A DNA stretch of 51,787 bases from Saprospiraceae bacterium (GTDB lineage Bacteria; Bacteroidota; Bacteroidia; Chitinophagales; Saprospiraceae): contig JBFKOL010000001.1 of assembly GCA_041628815.1 (NCBI GenBank), positions 1 to 51,787 of the forward strand, read 5' to 3'. A program made the translations under genes and the position numbers. Below the pieces are notes generated by a model, which saw only the letters and a list, made by a program, of their open reading frames with translations, was not told the DNA's origin and made no database searches. Below, piece after piece: positions 1 to 9,139 of this stretch. How positions within the stretch are numbered: position 1 is the first letter of the stretch; each line of letters starts with the position of its first letter.

Positions 1-1207
1 CTCCGACGCTACCGGTGATTACATTGAGGAAATGCAGGCACCGTGCAACACACCATCCGCCAAGGTTGCCACTGGCAGCGCTGCGCCAGATATGGGTGGC
101 AAAGCGTTCACCTGCTTCACCGATTTTGATGGCTACCTCCCTGATCACCGAGGCCTTCACACCACTTTCCTTTTCGGCAAACTCAGGCGTATATTGGGAA
201 TATTCCTCGATCATCGAATCGATGAACTGTTCGAAAGTCGCGGGTTTGCCGGGATGCATCTTTTCCAGGTATTCCTCCCAATTGACCCAGTTTTCGAGGT
301 AATCCCTATTGTATAGTCCTTCCAGTAAAATGATTCGTGCCATTGCCAGCAGGACGGCGGCCTCAGTCCCTGGATACGATGGCATCCAGTAGTCCGACAT
401 GCTTGCCGTATTGGACAGACGTGGATCCATACATGCGAGTTTGGCTCCCTTCATCTTTCCTTCGATGATGCGCTGGGCATGCGGGTTGAAATAGTGACCC
501 GATTCCAGGTGGGCGGAAATTAGAAGAATGAATTTTGCTTCTGAATGGTCGGGGCTGGGGCGGTCATAACCATGCCAGATGTTGTAACCAAACCGTGCAC
601 CGGATGAACAGATATTTGTGTGGCTGTTGTGCCCATCAATGCCCCATGCCTGCAATACGCGGTTGGCATAGCCTTCGTGACCGGGGCGGCCAACATGGTA
701 AGCTATTTCATTGTTTCTACCTTCCTGAATAGCCTTCCGTATCCGTGAAGCGATATCTTCGAGCACTTCATGCCAGGTAACTCGTTCCCATTGACCTTCT
801 CCTCTTTTTCCTACCCTTTTAAGCGGATAAAGTATCCTGTCGGGATCGGTGATCTGGTTGATGGTGGCTGGTCCTTTAGCGCAGTTCCTTCCCCGGCTGC
901 CGGGGTGGTACGGGTTGCCTTCGAATTTCCGCACTTCACCTTTTTCCTTGTCGATGTATGCTGTCAGACCACATGCACTTTCACAGTTGAAGCACGTCGT
1001 AGGAACGATGGTATAGGTCCTTTTTTCTTTTCTTGGCCAGGACTTCGCTTCGTATTCCTCCCAGTGATCCCATTTTTCAATGGGTGGAAACTTGTTTAAA
1101 TCTGTGGTGGTCATCCTATCCAAAACGGGATCTCTGTCCCGATGGAGATTGGGAATGATTTTTAACTTTTCCGCAATCTTTTCTATAAGTGTGTGATTCT
1201 TTTTCAT
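1..1207 (-). CDS. molybdopterin (bis-MGD) oxidoreductase catalytic subunit, N-terminal ~402 codons; gene continues beyond the left edge
   Basis: Missing from the ORF track because it is open to the window edge. Reverse-strand ATG at 1205-1207 reads MKKNHTLIEKIAEKL...YTIVPTTCFNCESACGLTAYIDKEKGEVRKFEGNPYHPGSRGRNCAKGPA...ILYPLKRVGKRGEGQWERVTWHEVL...HVGRPGHEGY. This gives the CxxCxxxC...C [4Fe-4S] motif and N-terminal blocks of the DMSO-reductase superfamily (PsrA/PhsA/TtrA/SoeA-like). The frame stays open to base 2. No twin-arginine motif in the first ~45 residues. Confidence 0.8.
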   Translation of the reverse strand, partial: MKKNHTLIEKIAEKLKIIPNLHRDRDPVLDRMTTTDLNKFPPIEKWDHWEEYEAKSWPRKEKRTYTIVPTTCFNCESACGLTAYIDKEKGEVRKFEGNPYHPGSRGRNCAKGPATINQITDPDRILYPLKRVGKRGEGQWERVTWHEVLEDIASRIRKAIQEGRNNEIAYHVGRPGHEGYANRVLQAWGIDGHNSHTNICSSGARFGYNIWHGYDRPSPDHSEAKFILLISAHLESGHYFNPHAQRIIEGKMKGAKLACMDPRLSNTASMSDYWMPSYPGTEAAVLLAMARIILLEGLYNRDYLENWVNWEEYLEKMHPGKPATFEQFIDSMIEEYSQYTPEFAEKESGVKASVIREVAIKIGEAGERFATHIWRSAASGNLGGWCVARCLHFLNVITGSVG

Positions 1208-1220
1208 TTTACCGGTTTTA

Positions 1221-2843
1221 TCAAACGAGTGAAATGCGTTGTGGGGCCTCCACCCAGATGTGTTCTGTAAAGTATATGCCTATCAGTACCAATGCAGCAG
1301 AAATTACCAGAGCTGGATTGCCTGGCCAGAAAAGGAGTAGTACGAATGGAACCAAATTTCCAATGAGAACTACACCTGTCCAAAAGATCTTACTGTATCT
1401 TCCTTTTATTATAGAATGAACTGTCAATTCGAGATCCTTCGTCGGATGTGGTGTTACCAGTTCTATCAGCATGGTCGCGGCGTTGATACCTATGGATAAG
1501 AGGAGCATTGTTTTCAGACCGTCCTGCCACCCAAATTCAAGTCCAAAAAGTGAGGATATTAGAACATAAGCTGCAGCTCCGGCCATCACAGAATGGACCA
1601 GCATATGTATGGACAGGGTAGGGCTCTGCCAGAAATCCCTGCCTCGAGCTTGCGCAAAGAGGAAAGCCGTATATATGGCCAGTAAAATGGCTACAGGCAA
1701 AGAAACCACAAAAAGAATTTGCCTGGTGGTATGCCAATCCATCCATTGAGCCAGGCCGATAGCCGTTACAAGGGCACCAAAGAAGCTGATGGTATAACCG
1801 CCTTTCACCAACCAGGACTCGAAATGAGGTCTCAACAGGACGTAGAAGAATCTTTTCGGTTGATCGAGGTCCATTATGAGCAGTACGCCGGTGAGTGAAA
1901 GGAACAAAAGACCGGTTGCGACAGAAGACCACACCGCGTTGGCATTCAACTCAAAACCAGCTACGAGCCACATAAGAACAGGGACGAGCAGCGCACCGGC
2001 TGCTATGGCTTTGGTCCAGATATAACCCGATACTTCCCAACCCCAAAGAATTCCTTTATCCGGTGTATCATACACTCGTTTTGCTTCTTTATTCATCAGT
2101 ACTTCCACAGATTTTACTGGTTTAGGAGATTTGCCGTTCTCCCCGTTGGAAGATCCTTTTATCCGTATTAACTCGGCGAGGACATCTTCATTGGAATAAG
2201 ACAATTTTTCTGCCTCTTTGGCAAAATGGCCCACTCCCAGGCTCTGCGAACCCCAAAGACTCGAATGTGACCGCTCGGTCGCACTGGGTACCAATGAAGA
2301 ATCATCTGCATCGATGTAGAACAGATTGGGTACTGTAGCTTTTTCCGGTTTCCGCACCTTGACGGCCTGCCGTGCGAGGAGTTGGGCGATTTCAGTGTCC
2401 GGGTTATCCATATCGCCCGATATGATGGCGTGTTCGGGACAAACGTTGACACAGGCCGGTTCGAGGCCAAGATCAATCCGGTGGGCGCAATAATTGCATT
2501 TGGCGGCTGTATGCGTTTCCGGATCGATGTATAGGGCGTCATAGGGACATGCCTGCATACAGGATTTACACCCTATGCACCGTTCTTTGTCGAAGTCTAC
2601 GATTCCGTCTTCCCGCGTGAAAAGCGCTTCTGTAGGACAGATGGAGACGCATGGCGCATCTGTGCAATGATTGCATCGCATCACTGAAAACAACCGTCGC
2701 GTATCCGGGAAGGAACCTTTCTCCACTTGCTTTACAAAGGTCCTGTTGACACCAACAGGTACATCGTGCTCCGATTTACAGGCAGTGGTACATGCGTGGC
2801 ATCCTATACACTTCCTGTTGTCTATAATGAATCCGTATCTCAT
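1221..2843 (-). CDS. fusion of a 4Fe-4S ferredoxin subunit (PsrB/NrfC/SoeB-like) with an NrfD/PsrC-like polytopic membrane anchor
   Basis: 540-aa ORF. The N-terminal ~190 aa carry Cys clusters CIGCHACTTAC, CNHCTDAPC, CIGCKSCMQAC and CNYC...C..C. The remaining ~300 aa are successive hydrophobic helices (WEVSGYIWTKAIAAGALLVPVLMW...). It ends 13 nt upstream of the catalytic-subunit ATG. Confidence 0.8.
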   Translation of the reverse strand: MRYGFIIDNRKCIGCHACTTACKSEHDVPVGVNRTFVKQVEKGSFPDTRRLFSVMRCNHCTDAPCVSICPTEALFTREDGIVDFDKERCIGCKSCMQACPYDALYIDPETHTAAKCNYCAHRIDLGLEPACVNVCPEHAIISGDMDNPDTEIAQLLARQAVKVRKPEKATVPNLFYIDADDSSLVPSATERSHSSLWGSQSLGVGHFAKEAEKLSYSNEDVLAELIRIKGSSNGENGKSPKPVKSVEVLMNKEAKRVYDTPDKGILWGWEVSGYIWTKAIAAGALLVPVLMWLVAGFELNANAVWSSVATGLLFLSLTGVLLIMDLDQPKRFFYVLLRPHFESWLVKGGYTISFFGALVTAIGLAQWMDWHTTRQILFVVSLPVAILLAIYTAFLFAQARGRDFWQSPTLSIHMLVHSVMAGAAAYVLISSLFGLEFGWQDGLKTMLLLSIGINAATMLIELVTPHPTKDLELTVHSIIKGRYSKIFWTGVVLIGNLVPFVLLLFWPGNPALVISAALVLIGIYFTEHIWVEAPQRISLV

Positions 2844-2927
2844 TTAGTCAGCATTCTTTTTGTATTGAATAATTCCATTTATTACTTGGATAAGTTTCAT
2901 CGTGTACCTTTCACTATTGACTATTCA

Positions 2928-4652
2928 CTATTTATCATCCCCACTTTTTTTCTTATTTCGCTGCGAAGCATATTGCCTGCTTAAGGTGCCAAGACCGTTA
3001 TCGAAAAAGTGACCTTCGATGGCATCTTTGATCCGTAGGTAGTTGTTTCGCGGACCGACGCGTTGTGTAATTCCACATTTTTCAAAAAGATCCCTGACCG
3101 GCCCTCGCAGATGGGTAAAAACCAATGTGATGTTTTTGGATGCGTAATAGTCGATCAACTGATTGAGGACCTTGATGCCCGTGGTGTCGATATTGATGAT
3201 GGAAGTGGCATTCAGTATGACGGTGTGCGTCTTGGGATGGGCTCTAAGCAGCCCAGTCATGGTATCATAAAAGTGATTGGCATTGGCAAAATAGATGCTT
3301 TCGTCATATCGTATGATCAATATGCCTTCATGGGTCTGCGCTTCGGGAAACCGCTCAATATTTCGATAACTGTCCGTACCCGGCAATTTTCCAAGGATAG
3401 CATAGTGCGGGCTGGAGGTACGCTGCAATACTATAATCAGGGAAAGCACGATTCCTACAAAAACGCCTTCCTGGATTCCAAGAAACAAGGTCAGTATTCC
3501 GGTGACTGCATAGACAGAAAAATCCCTTTTGCTGATATGAAACAATTCTTTGGCATGGGCGACATTTATGAGGCCATATACAGCTGCGATGACAATTGCT
3601 CCTAATACGGGCTTGGGCAGATAATAGAACAGGTGTGTGCAAAACAAGAGGATCAGGGCAAGGAATGCCGCCGAAAATATGGATGAATAACCACTTTGTG
3701 CCCCGGTATCGTCGTTGATGGCGGATCTTGTAAAACTGCCGGTATTGGGAAAGGCCTGAAAGACAGAACCAATCATTTTAGCCAGGCCCAGTCCGAGTAA
3801 TTCCTTGTTGGGATCGACATTTTGGTCCTCTTTTCTTGCAGCTATGGTCTTGGCAATGGCCAATGACTCGATAAAACTGATAAGGCATATGACCAGTGCG
3901 AGTGGTGTTACCCTTACAATGTTGGAAATACTTAGGAATGACAAAGTGGGTTTAGGGAGTCCTTTTGGGACTTCGCGAACGATGTCTACACCGGCCTGAT
4001 CGAGATGAAATAGATAGACTGCTATCGTGCCAAGGACTACCGCCAGAAGGGCACCCGGGAGTTTATTGTTGACATACTTCAAGCCTATAATTGTGACGAT
4101 TCCGACAACCCCGAGTGCTACTGAGTAGAGATCGATCTGGCTCAGATTGGATGAAAGACCTTTAATGATACCAATGACATTGTTGGACTGTTCCATTTCT
4201 ATTCCCAGGAAATACTTGAGTTGGCTCAGCGCTATAATGAACGCTGCAGCGGTAGTAAACCCGGAGATTACAGGTTCTGACAGAAAGTTCACCAGGAATC
4301 CCATTCTGATGGCGGCAAAGGCCAACTGGATGGCTCCCGCGACCATCGAGGTAAGCAGAGCCAGCTGTATGTATTCGGGGGTGCCGGGTGCAGCCCATTG
4401 GGAAACACCGGACAATACAATGATGGATACGAGGGCTACCGGCCCTACGGACAGTTGTTTGGACGATCCGAAAAAGGGATAGACCAAGAGCGGCACAAAG
4501 GCAGCATAGAGCCCATAAATGGCCGGAAGTCCTGCGAGCAAAGCATAGGCCATGCCCTGAGGAATGATCATTACCGCCACCGTTAGACCTGCTACAAGGT
4601 CTTTCTTAAGTCCTCCGTAGGTAGTTATGTTGGGCAGCTGGATCGTCCACAT
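2928..4652 (-). CDS. SulP/SLC26-family anion (sulfate) permease with C-terminal STAS domain
   Basis: 574-aa ORF. The polytopic N-terminal region reads DLVAGLTVAVMIIPQGMAYALLAGLP...SKQLSVGPVALVS...FTRSAIN. The C-terminal soluble domain (ILIIRYDESIYFANANHF...INIDTTGIKVL) matches the STAS pattern. Confidence 0.85.
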   Translation of the reverse strand: MWTIQLPNITTYGGLKKDLVAGLTVAVMIIPQGMAYALLAGLPAIYGLYAAFVPLLVYPFFGSSKQLSVGPVALVSIIVLSGVSQWAAPGTPEYIQLALLTSMVAGAIQLAFAAIRMGFLVNFLSEPVISGFTTAAAFIIALSQLKYFLGIEMEQSNNVIGIIKGLSSNLSQIDLYSVALGVVGIVTIIGLKYVNNKLPGALLAVVLGTIAVYLFHLDQAGVDIVREVPKGLPKPTLSFLSISNIVRVTPLALVICLISFIESLAIAKTIAARKEDQNVDPNKELLGLGLAKMIGSVFQAFPNTGSFTRSAINDDTGAQSGYSSIFSAAFLALILLFCTHLFYYLPKPVLGAIVIAAVYGLINVAHAKELFHISKRDFSVYAVTGILTLFLGIQEGVFVGIVLSLIIVLQRTSSPHYAILGKLPGTDSYRNIERFPEAQTHEGILIIRYDESIYFANANHFYDTMTGLLRAHPKTHTVILNATSIINIDTTGIKVLNQLIDYYASKNITLVFTHLRGPVRDLFEKCGITQRVGPRNNYLRIKDAIEGHFFDNGLGTLSRQYASQRNKKKSGDDK

Positions 4653-4672
4653 GGTAATTTCCTAAGCTACTG

Positions 4673-6016
4673 TCAAAAAGTAAACTGGACTTCGAAGTCC
4701 CACTGTTTCATTTCCAGGATCACATTTTGGTGCGGTACGAACTGACCTTGTTGTGCAAGGGCCGGGTCGAAATCAAACGGGTTGAGTCCGCTGACTTCAT
4801 TGTTCAACGCATAGTTGATGGAAAAGTGGATTTTATTACCGCCTTGACCGACCCCCTTGCTAAATCCGAGAGCAATGTGATTATCGATAACACCGGGTGC
4901 AAGGATGTTGAATACCACCTCTGATGCTGGGATGGGCTGGTCGCCTTTAGAGAAACCCGCCCTGAGTGTGAAGTCTTCGCTCACATCATATTCAGCACCG
5001 ATTTTGAAAACCGACATGTCTTCCCATCCGAATCCCGAACCATCGTCGCTTCCCAGCGGGACATGATTGGGGTTGGGCGTGTAGTCAGCCGGATTGTTCG
5101 GGTTGCCGCCAGGGTTGAGAAAGGCGGGAGGCAAGGCCATCGGATCGACCGGATTGGCAATCGATGCCACACCGCTGTACATGATTTGTTTAAAGTCAAG
5201 TGCCAGCCTTAGTGTACTGTTGGGAGCATAAACGATACCAGCGGTCCAGGAGGCAGGAATATCAAATGCTCCTTGTTGGGCAAACAATCCAGCATAGTCT
5301 TCAAATTTTCCTGACATGGTTTTGGATTGATACACAGCACCGAGTTGGAATTGATCACTTAAGTGACCGTGGTACCCTACTTTGAAGCCTAAGCCTAAGG
5401 CCGTACTGGTGCCGTTATTGCTTAATTTGGTCGGATCGCTGGAGAATGGGGCAAAGTTTGAGAGGCCTTCATTGCTGAACTGTTGACCACTTATCAGTGC
5501 CGTCACCCCCACGCTGTGGTTCTCATGCAATTTGTACGCGTAGGACAGTCCCACGAAAAGTTGTACCAAGTTTACGCCTGTATTTTCAACACTTTGGTCA
5601 TAAAATGTACGGGTGGGGTAATTGGTATTCATTCCGCCATGTCCGAAAATAGACATTGTAAAAGCACTTTTCTCACCTATGGTCCAGTTGCCTGCCAGGT
5701 GGGGAATAAGGAATAAGTTGGATTCGCTTTCAACCGTTCCAGGCGTGAGTCCAAAGGTTCCTGGAAGCCCGGAAGGATTTCCCGTAATGGTGTATTGCCT
5801 TTGCGGACTGAAAAATGATACACCTACGCTGTATAAACTGCCGGTAAAGACATTTGCGGCAGGATTGCCATTGATCAATGCCGTATACGGCAGTCCAATT
5901 CCCGCGCCAGCCATTCCTTTGTGTATGGCTCCATAGCCCAAGCTGAAGTACCCGTCAGTGGCTTGAAGTGAAAGAAATGAAAGAATGGCAAAAGAGAGGA
6001 CAAGTAGTTTTTTCAT
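4673..6016 (-). CDS. FadL/OmpP1/TodX-family outer-membrane beta-barrel channel
   Basis: 447-aa ORF with signal peptide MKKLLVLSFAILSFLSLQA and the N-terminal GYG..GMAGAG...NPAA motif. Amphipathic beta pattern throughout; C-terminal aromatic residue (..EVQFTF). Confidence 0.75.
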   Translation of the reverse strand: MKKLLVLSFAILSFLSLQATDGYFSLGYGAIHKGMAGAGIGLPYTALINGNPAANVFTGSLYSVGVSFFSPQRQYTITGNPSGLPGTFGLTPGTVESESNLFLIPHLAGNWTIGEKSAFTMSIFGHGGMNTNYPTRTFYDQSVENTGVNLVQLFVGLSYAYKLHENHSVGVTALISGQQFSNEGLSNFAPFSSDPTKLSNNGTSTALGLGFKVGYHGHLSDQFQLGAVYQSKTMSGKFEDYAGLFAQQGAFDIPASWTAGIVYAPNSTLRLALDFKQIMYSGVASIANPVDPMALPPAFLNPGGNPNNPADYTPNPNHVPLGSDDGSGFGWEDMSVFKIGAEYDVSEDFTLRAGFSKGDQPIPASEVVFNILAPGVIDNHIALGFSKGVGQGGNKIHFSINYALNNEVSGLNPFDFDPALAQQGQFVPHQNVILEMKQWDFEVQFTF

Positions 6017-6455
6017 GTGTATGTTAGTTGTTGTCAGGTTACAGAAATATCGTTGCAGCGATACTGATCGCGCTAATGTAGGTCAGCTAAAGCAATCTTT
6101 TTGTGACCTAAGACACACCAAGGTAAAACAGAATGATAGGTGTTTTCATTCATGTGATTAATCAACAATTAGACAGTGTACCAAACCTAATAAAAGTTGG
6201 CTAATGCAACTATTCGGTTGAATTATCCAAATATGATTTGGAAATGATTACATGTATTTTGGAAGAAATATTTTCCAGGAGAAAAATTTAAACTGGCAGT
6301 TGCAGTTTGCCAGGTATTCAATAATCACGTTGTGCTTGTAGATTTACTCCTATGGAAAGCAGAATTGTCTTTGACTTTCCTGATCGTGGATACGGCAATA
6401 ACGGGCGCACTTATTATTTTAATGCGGTGTTTGATTAGAGCTTGAAAATGAATGT

Positions 6456-8750
6456 TTGATTTTCGGTAATCCGCCAGAAGACCCGATATTCGATCTCACG
6501 CAGCATTACATGGAAGAAACTGCCACCCATATCGAAAAACCTGAGTCGGGTACGACACAAGCCCCTGCCGCCGAAAAGGTGATAAAGAAGTTCGGAACCT
6601 TCCAAGGGGTGTTTACACCAGTTACTCTTACCATCCTGGGTGTAATTATGTACCTGAGGGAGGGATGGGTAGTCGGAAATGCCGGTCTTGTAGGTGCCAT
6701 CCTGATTATCCTGCTTGCTTCCGGAATCACCTTTTTGACTGCACTCTCGATGTCGTCTATCACGACCAACATCAGAATTAAAGCCGGGGGCGCATTTTCC
6801 ATTATTTCACAGTCGCTCGGTCTCGAGGCAGGGGGTGCCATAGGCATTCCGCTTTACCTGGCCCAAGCCTTTGCTGTAGCCATGTATATTTTCGGTTTCC
6901 GTGAAGGATGGCTATGGATCTTTCCGGAGCACCCAGCTCTTCTTATTGATGTGATTTCTTTCGCCCTCATATTGGGTATTGCTTATGTGAGCACCGACTT
7001 TGCCTTCAAGATACAGTACGTTATTCTTGCCGTCATTATTGGTTCGCTGGTTTCAATTGGTCTTGCTTTTACCATTCACCCGGTAAATACAGAAATACAA
7101 CTTTTTGGTAATTACCCGGGTTCAGTCGAAAACAACTTCAGCGGAACGAATTTCTGGTTGGTATTTGCAGTTTATTTCCCGGCGGTGACAGGTATTATGG
7201 CGGGAGCAAATATGTCGGGTGACCTTGAAAATCCCAGGGTAAGCATTCCTACCGGGACCCTGTCGGCACAGTTCATTTGTACGCTAATCTACATTGCCCT
7301 CGCCTGCGTTTTGGCCTTACTCGCCACACCACAGGAGTTGGTGAGCAATTACAATATCTTGATTGATAAGGCATTCTGGGCACCTATCGTATTGGCAGGA
7401 CTGCTTGGAGCAACATTTTCATCTGCTCTGTCATCGCTGGTCGGTGCACCCAGGATACTTTATGCGTTAGGCGAGAACAAGGTGTTGTTCAAAAATGAAT
7501 ACCTGTCGGCCACCGACCAGAAAGGAGAACCCAAAAATGCATTATACTTGACCGCAGGACTGGTATTTTTCTCGCTACTGCTCAGGGATCTCAACGCGAT
7601 TGCTCCCTTGCTCACTATGTTTTTTCTAATCGCTTATGCCATGATCAATGTAGTAGTACTTATCGAACAAAGTCTATCCCAGGTCAGCTTCAGACCTACG
7701 CTTCGCGTACCCATCCTCGTACCGTTGCTGGGTACTGTGGGTTGTTTCTTTGCCATGTTCATCATCAATCCGTCGGTATCAATGGTATCGTTGGTGCTGG
7801 TAGTCGGATTTTACATCCTCCTCATGCGGAAACGGTTTATCACCGATGACGGTGACGTACGAAGCGGTTTGTTCAATGCATTGGCAGAATGGTCGGCCAA
7901 GATTGTCAACAAACTTCCGGAGGCCAAAGAAAGGGCATGGCAGCCCAATATGATCGTACCCGCCAAACACATTTCCGATGTGGTGAGATCCTCCAAGATT
8001 ATCTTTTCCCTGGCGCGGCCCAAGGGCTCGATCAAGCTGCTCGGTTTTTCAAGGGACGATCGTCGCCAAATCATGGAGCGCCGGCTGGCCGATGTAAAAA
8101 GCCATTTCATGAAGCAGGATATTTCCTGTACGCAGGCCATCATTGAAGGTCCTGATTTTGAGACAGGTATGATCTCCTCTATGCAGTCTATGAAAGCTAC
8201 CTTTTTCAGACCCAATACCATCTTTCTTAGCCTTACCGATGAAAGGGTTGAAGATAAGGAGTATGAGACTTTACTGTCCAAATCACAATCCCTGGGATAT
8301 GGGGCATACCTGTACGTACCCTATCGCAAAATTGGATTGGGTCTCGAGAAAACAATCAACCTGTGGTTGGAAGAAGGCGAATTGATGGGTTTTAAAGAAA
8401 AAAAACCTGATCATATAAATCTTGCCATGCTGACTGCATACCTTCTCATGCGAAACTGGAAGGCCATCCTGAAAATCAACATCATCTGCACAGGCAAGTA
8501 CGAACTGGTGGAGATGAGGGACCGATTGGATCTTTTGATGGTTCTGGCCCGGCTACCAAGGTCGGCAAATGCTGTATTTTGGGATGGAGGCTACGAGGCC
8601 GTTTACAAATCCGGAGAACGGTGTGATCTCAATATAGCCTATGTTAAACCCGGCCAGATCGACCTGGAAGCCCTTAGGTCACATGGTGATAAAATGGAGT
8701 CTTCGTTTTTGTATACCTGGGATTCAGGGATTGAGAATGCTTTTGCATAA
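6456..8750 (+). CDS. APC-superfamily transporter of the cation:chloride cotransporter (SLC12/CCC) type, with a large C-terminal cytoplasmic domain
   Basis: 764-aa ORF. The ~12-TM amino-acid-permease-like core (FGTFQGVFTPVTLTILGVIMYLREGWVVGNAG...) is followed by ~270 soluble residues. The track start is TTG at 6456; the first ATG is at 6510 (MEETATHIEK) and is the more likely start. Confidence 0.7.
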   Translation: MIFGNPPEDPIFDLTQHYMEETATHIEKPESGTTQAPAAEKVIKKFGTFQGVFTPVTLTILGVIMYLREGWVVGNAGLVGAILIILLASGITFLTALSMSSITTNIRIKAGGAFSIISQSLGLEAGGAIGIPLYLAQAFAVAMYIFGFREGWLWIFPEHPALLIDVISFALILGIAYVSTDFAFKIQYVILAVIIGSLVSIGLAFTIHPVNTEIQLFGNYPGSVENNFSGTNFWLVFAVYFPAVTGIMAGANMSGDLENPRVSIPTGTLSAQFICTLIYIALACVLALLATPQELVSNYNILIDKAFWAPIVLAGLLGATFSSALSSLVGAPRILYALGENKVLFKNEYLSATDQKGEPKNALYLTAGLVFFSLLLRDLNAIAPLLTMFFLIAYAMINVVVLIEQSLSQVSFRPTLRVPILVPLLGTVGCFFAMFIINPSVSMVSLVLVVGFYILLMRKRFITDDGDVRSGLFNALAEWSAKIVNKLPEAKERAWQPNMIVPAKHISDVVRSSKIIFSLARPKGSIKLLGFSRDDRRQIMERRLADVKSHFMKQDISCTQAIIEGPDFETGMISSMQSMKATFFRPNTIFLSLTDERVEDKEYETLLSKSQSLGYGAYLYVPYRKIGLGLEKTINLWLEEGELMGFKEKKPDHINLAMLTAYLLMRNWKAILKINIICTGKYELVEMRDRLDLLMVLARLPRSANAVFWDGGYEAVYKSGERCDLNIAYVKPGQIDLEALRSHGDKMESSFLYTWDSGIENAFA

Positions 8751-8862
8751 CAACAGATTTCTTGTAGCGAAACGAAATAAAAGGATAAATAGTCACACCG
8801 GAATAAATCTTTGCGGCTAGATGAAAGCTGTCGTTGAAACTCGTCCCGCGGAAGTATTAAAG

Positions 8863-8894
8863 AAAAAAACCCTTCACCTCAAAAGATGAAGGGT
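8863..8894 (-). terminator. rho-independent terminator downstream of tRNA-Leu
   Basis: Arms ACCCTTCA (8869-8876) and TGAAGGGT (8887-8894) are separated by a 10-nt loop. On the plus strand an A-run at 8863-8869 abuts the first arm and supplies its first base, which gives a U-run after the hairpin on the minus strand. The hairpin lies 15 nt past the tRNA 3' end. Confidence 0.6.
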
Positions 8895-8908
8895 ATATAA
8901 TAAGGTAG

Positions 8909-8992
8909 TGCCCAGAGCGGGACTCGAACCCGCACGCCCTTACGGACACATGGCCCTCAACCATGCCTGTCTACCAGTTCCAGCACCTGGGC
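8909..8992 (-). tRNA. tRNA-Leu (anticodon GAG), class II with long variable arm
   Basis: The reverse complement GCCCAGGTGCTGGAACTGGTAGACAGGCATGGTTGAGGGCCATGTGTCCGTAAGGGCGTGCGGGTTCGAGTCCCGCTCTGGGCA (84 nt) folds as a cloverleaf. Acceptor GCCCAGG/TCTGGGC; anticodon stem CATGG/CCATG with loop TTGAGGG; variable arm GTCCGTAAGGGC; T arm CGGGTTCGAGTCCCG. CCA is not encoded. Confidence 0.9.
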
Positions 8993-9027
8993 AATAGAGC
9001 AAAATATTGCAAAAGTATTATTTCAAT

Positions 9028-9089
9028 CACGCCCTTACGGACATCCCGCCCTTTGGCGGGACCTGTCTACCAGTTCCAGCACCTGGGCA
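9028..9089 (-). pseudogene. truncated tRNA-Leu copy: 5' acceptor strand, D arm and variable arm retained, anticodon arm replaced, T arm and 3' acceptor absent
   Basis: 9062-9089 is identical to the acceptor-5'/D-arm segment of the tRNA at 8909-8992, and 9028-9044 is identical to its variable-arm segment. The 17-nt anticodon stem-loop is replaced by TCCCGCCAAAGGGCGGGA (7-bp GC stem, 4-nt loop). No GTTCGA T-loop follows. Confidence 0.5.
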
Positions 9090-9099
9090 TTTTTATTTG

Positions 9100-9139
9100 G
9101 TGAAATAGTGAATTGGTGAATTGGTGAATTGGTGAATGG
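9100..9139. repeat. tandem 8-mer repeat (GTGAATTG)n, 5 units with degenerate outer units
   Basis: Read directly: GTGAAATA GTGAATTG GTGAATTG GTGAATTG GTGAATGG, contiguous, next to the tRNA fragment. Confidence 0.85.

Noticed and set aside
1537-2542. 131-aa and 124-aa ORFs in alternative minus-strand frames within the FeS-NrfD gene
   Set aside because: They are nested in a longer ORF with clear ferredoxin and NrfD-like features and have no motifs of their own.
6294-6310. Sigma-54-like TGGCAG ... TTGC element in the FadL / SLC12 divergent spacer
   Set aside because: The spacing between the GG and GC elements is off: 7 nt after TGGCAG instead of 5, with the other TTGC directly adjacent. It does not fit the -24/-12 geometry.
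8909-9089. tRNA-Leu duplication read as an att site of an integrated mobile element
   Set aside because: Integrases duplicate the tRNA 3' part, whereas here the 5' part is repeated only 36 nt away. No integrase, excisionase or foreign-looking genes flank it.
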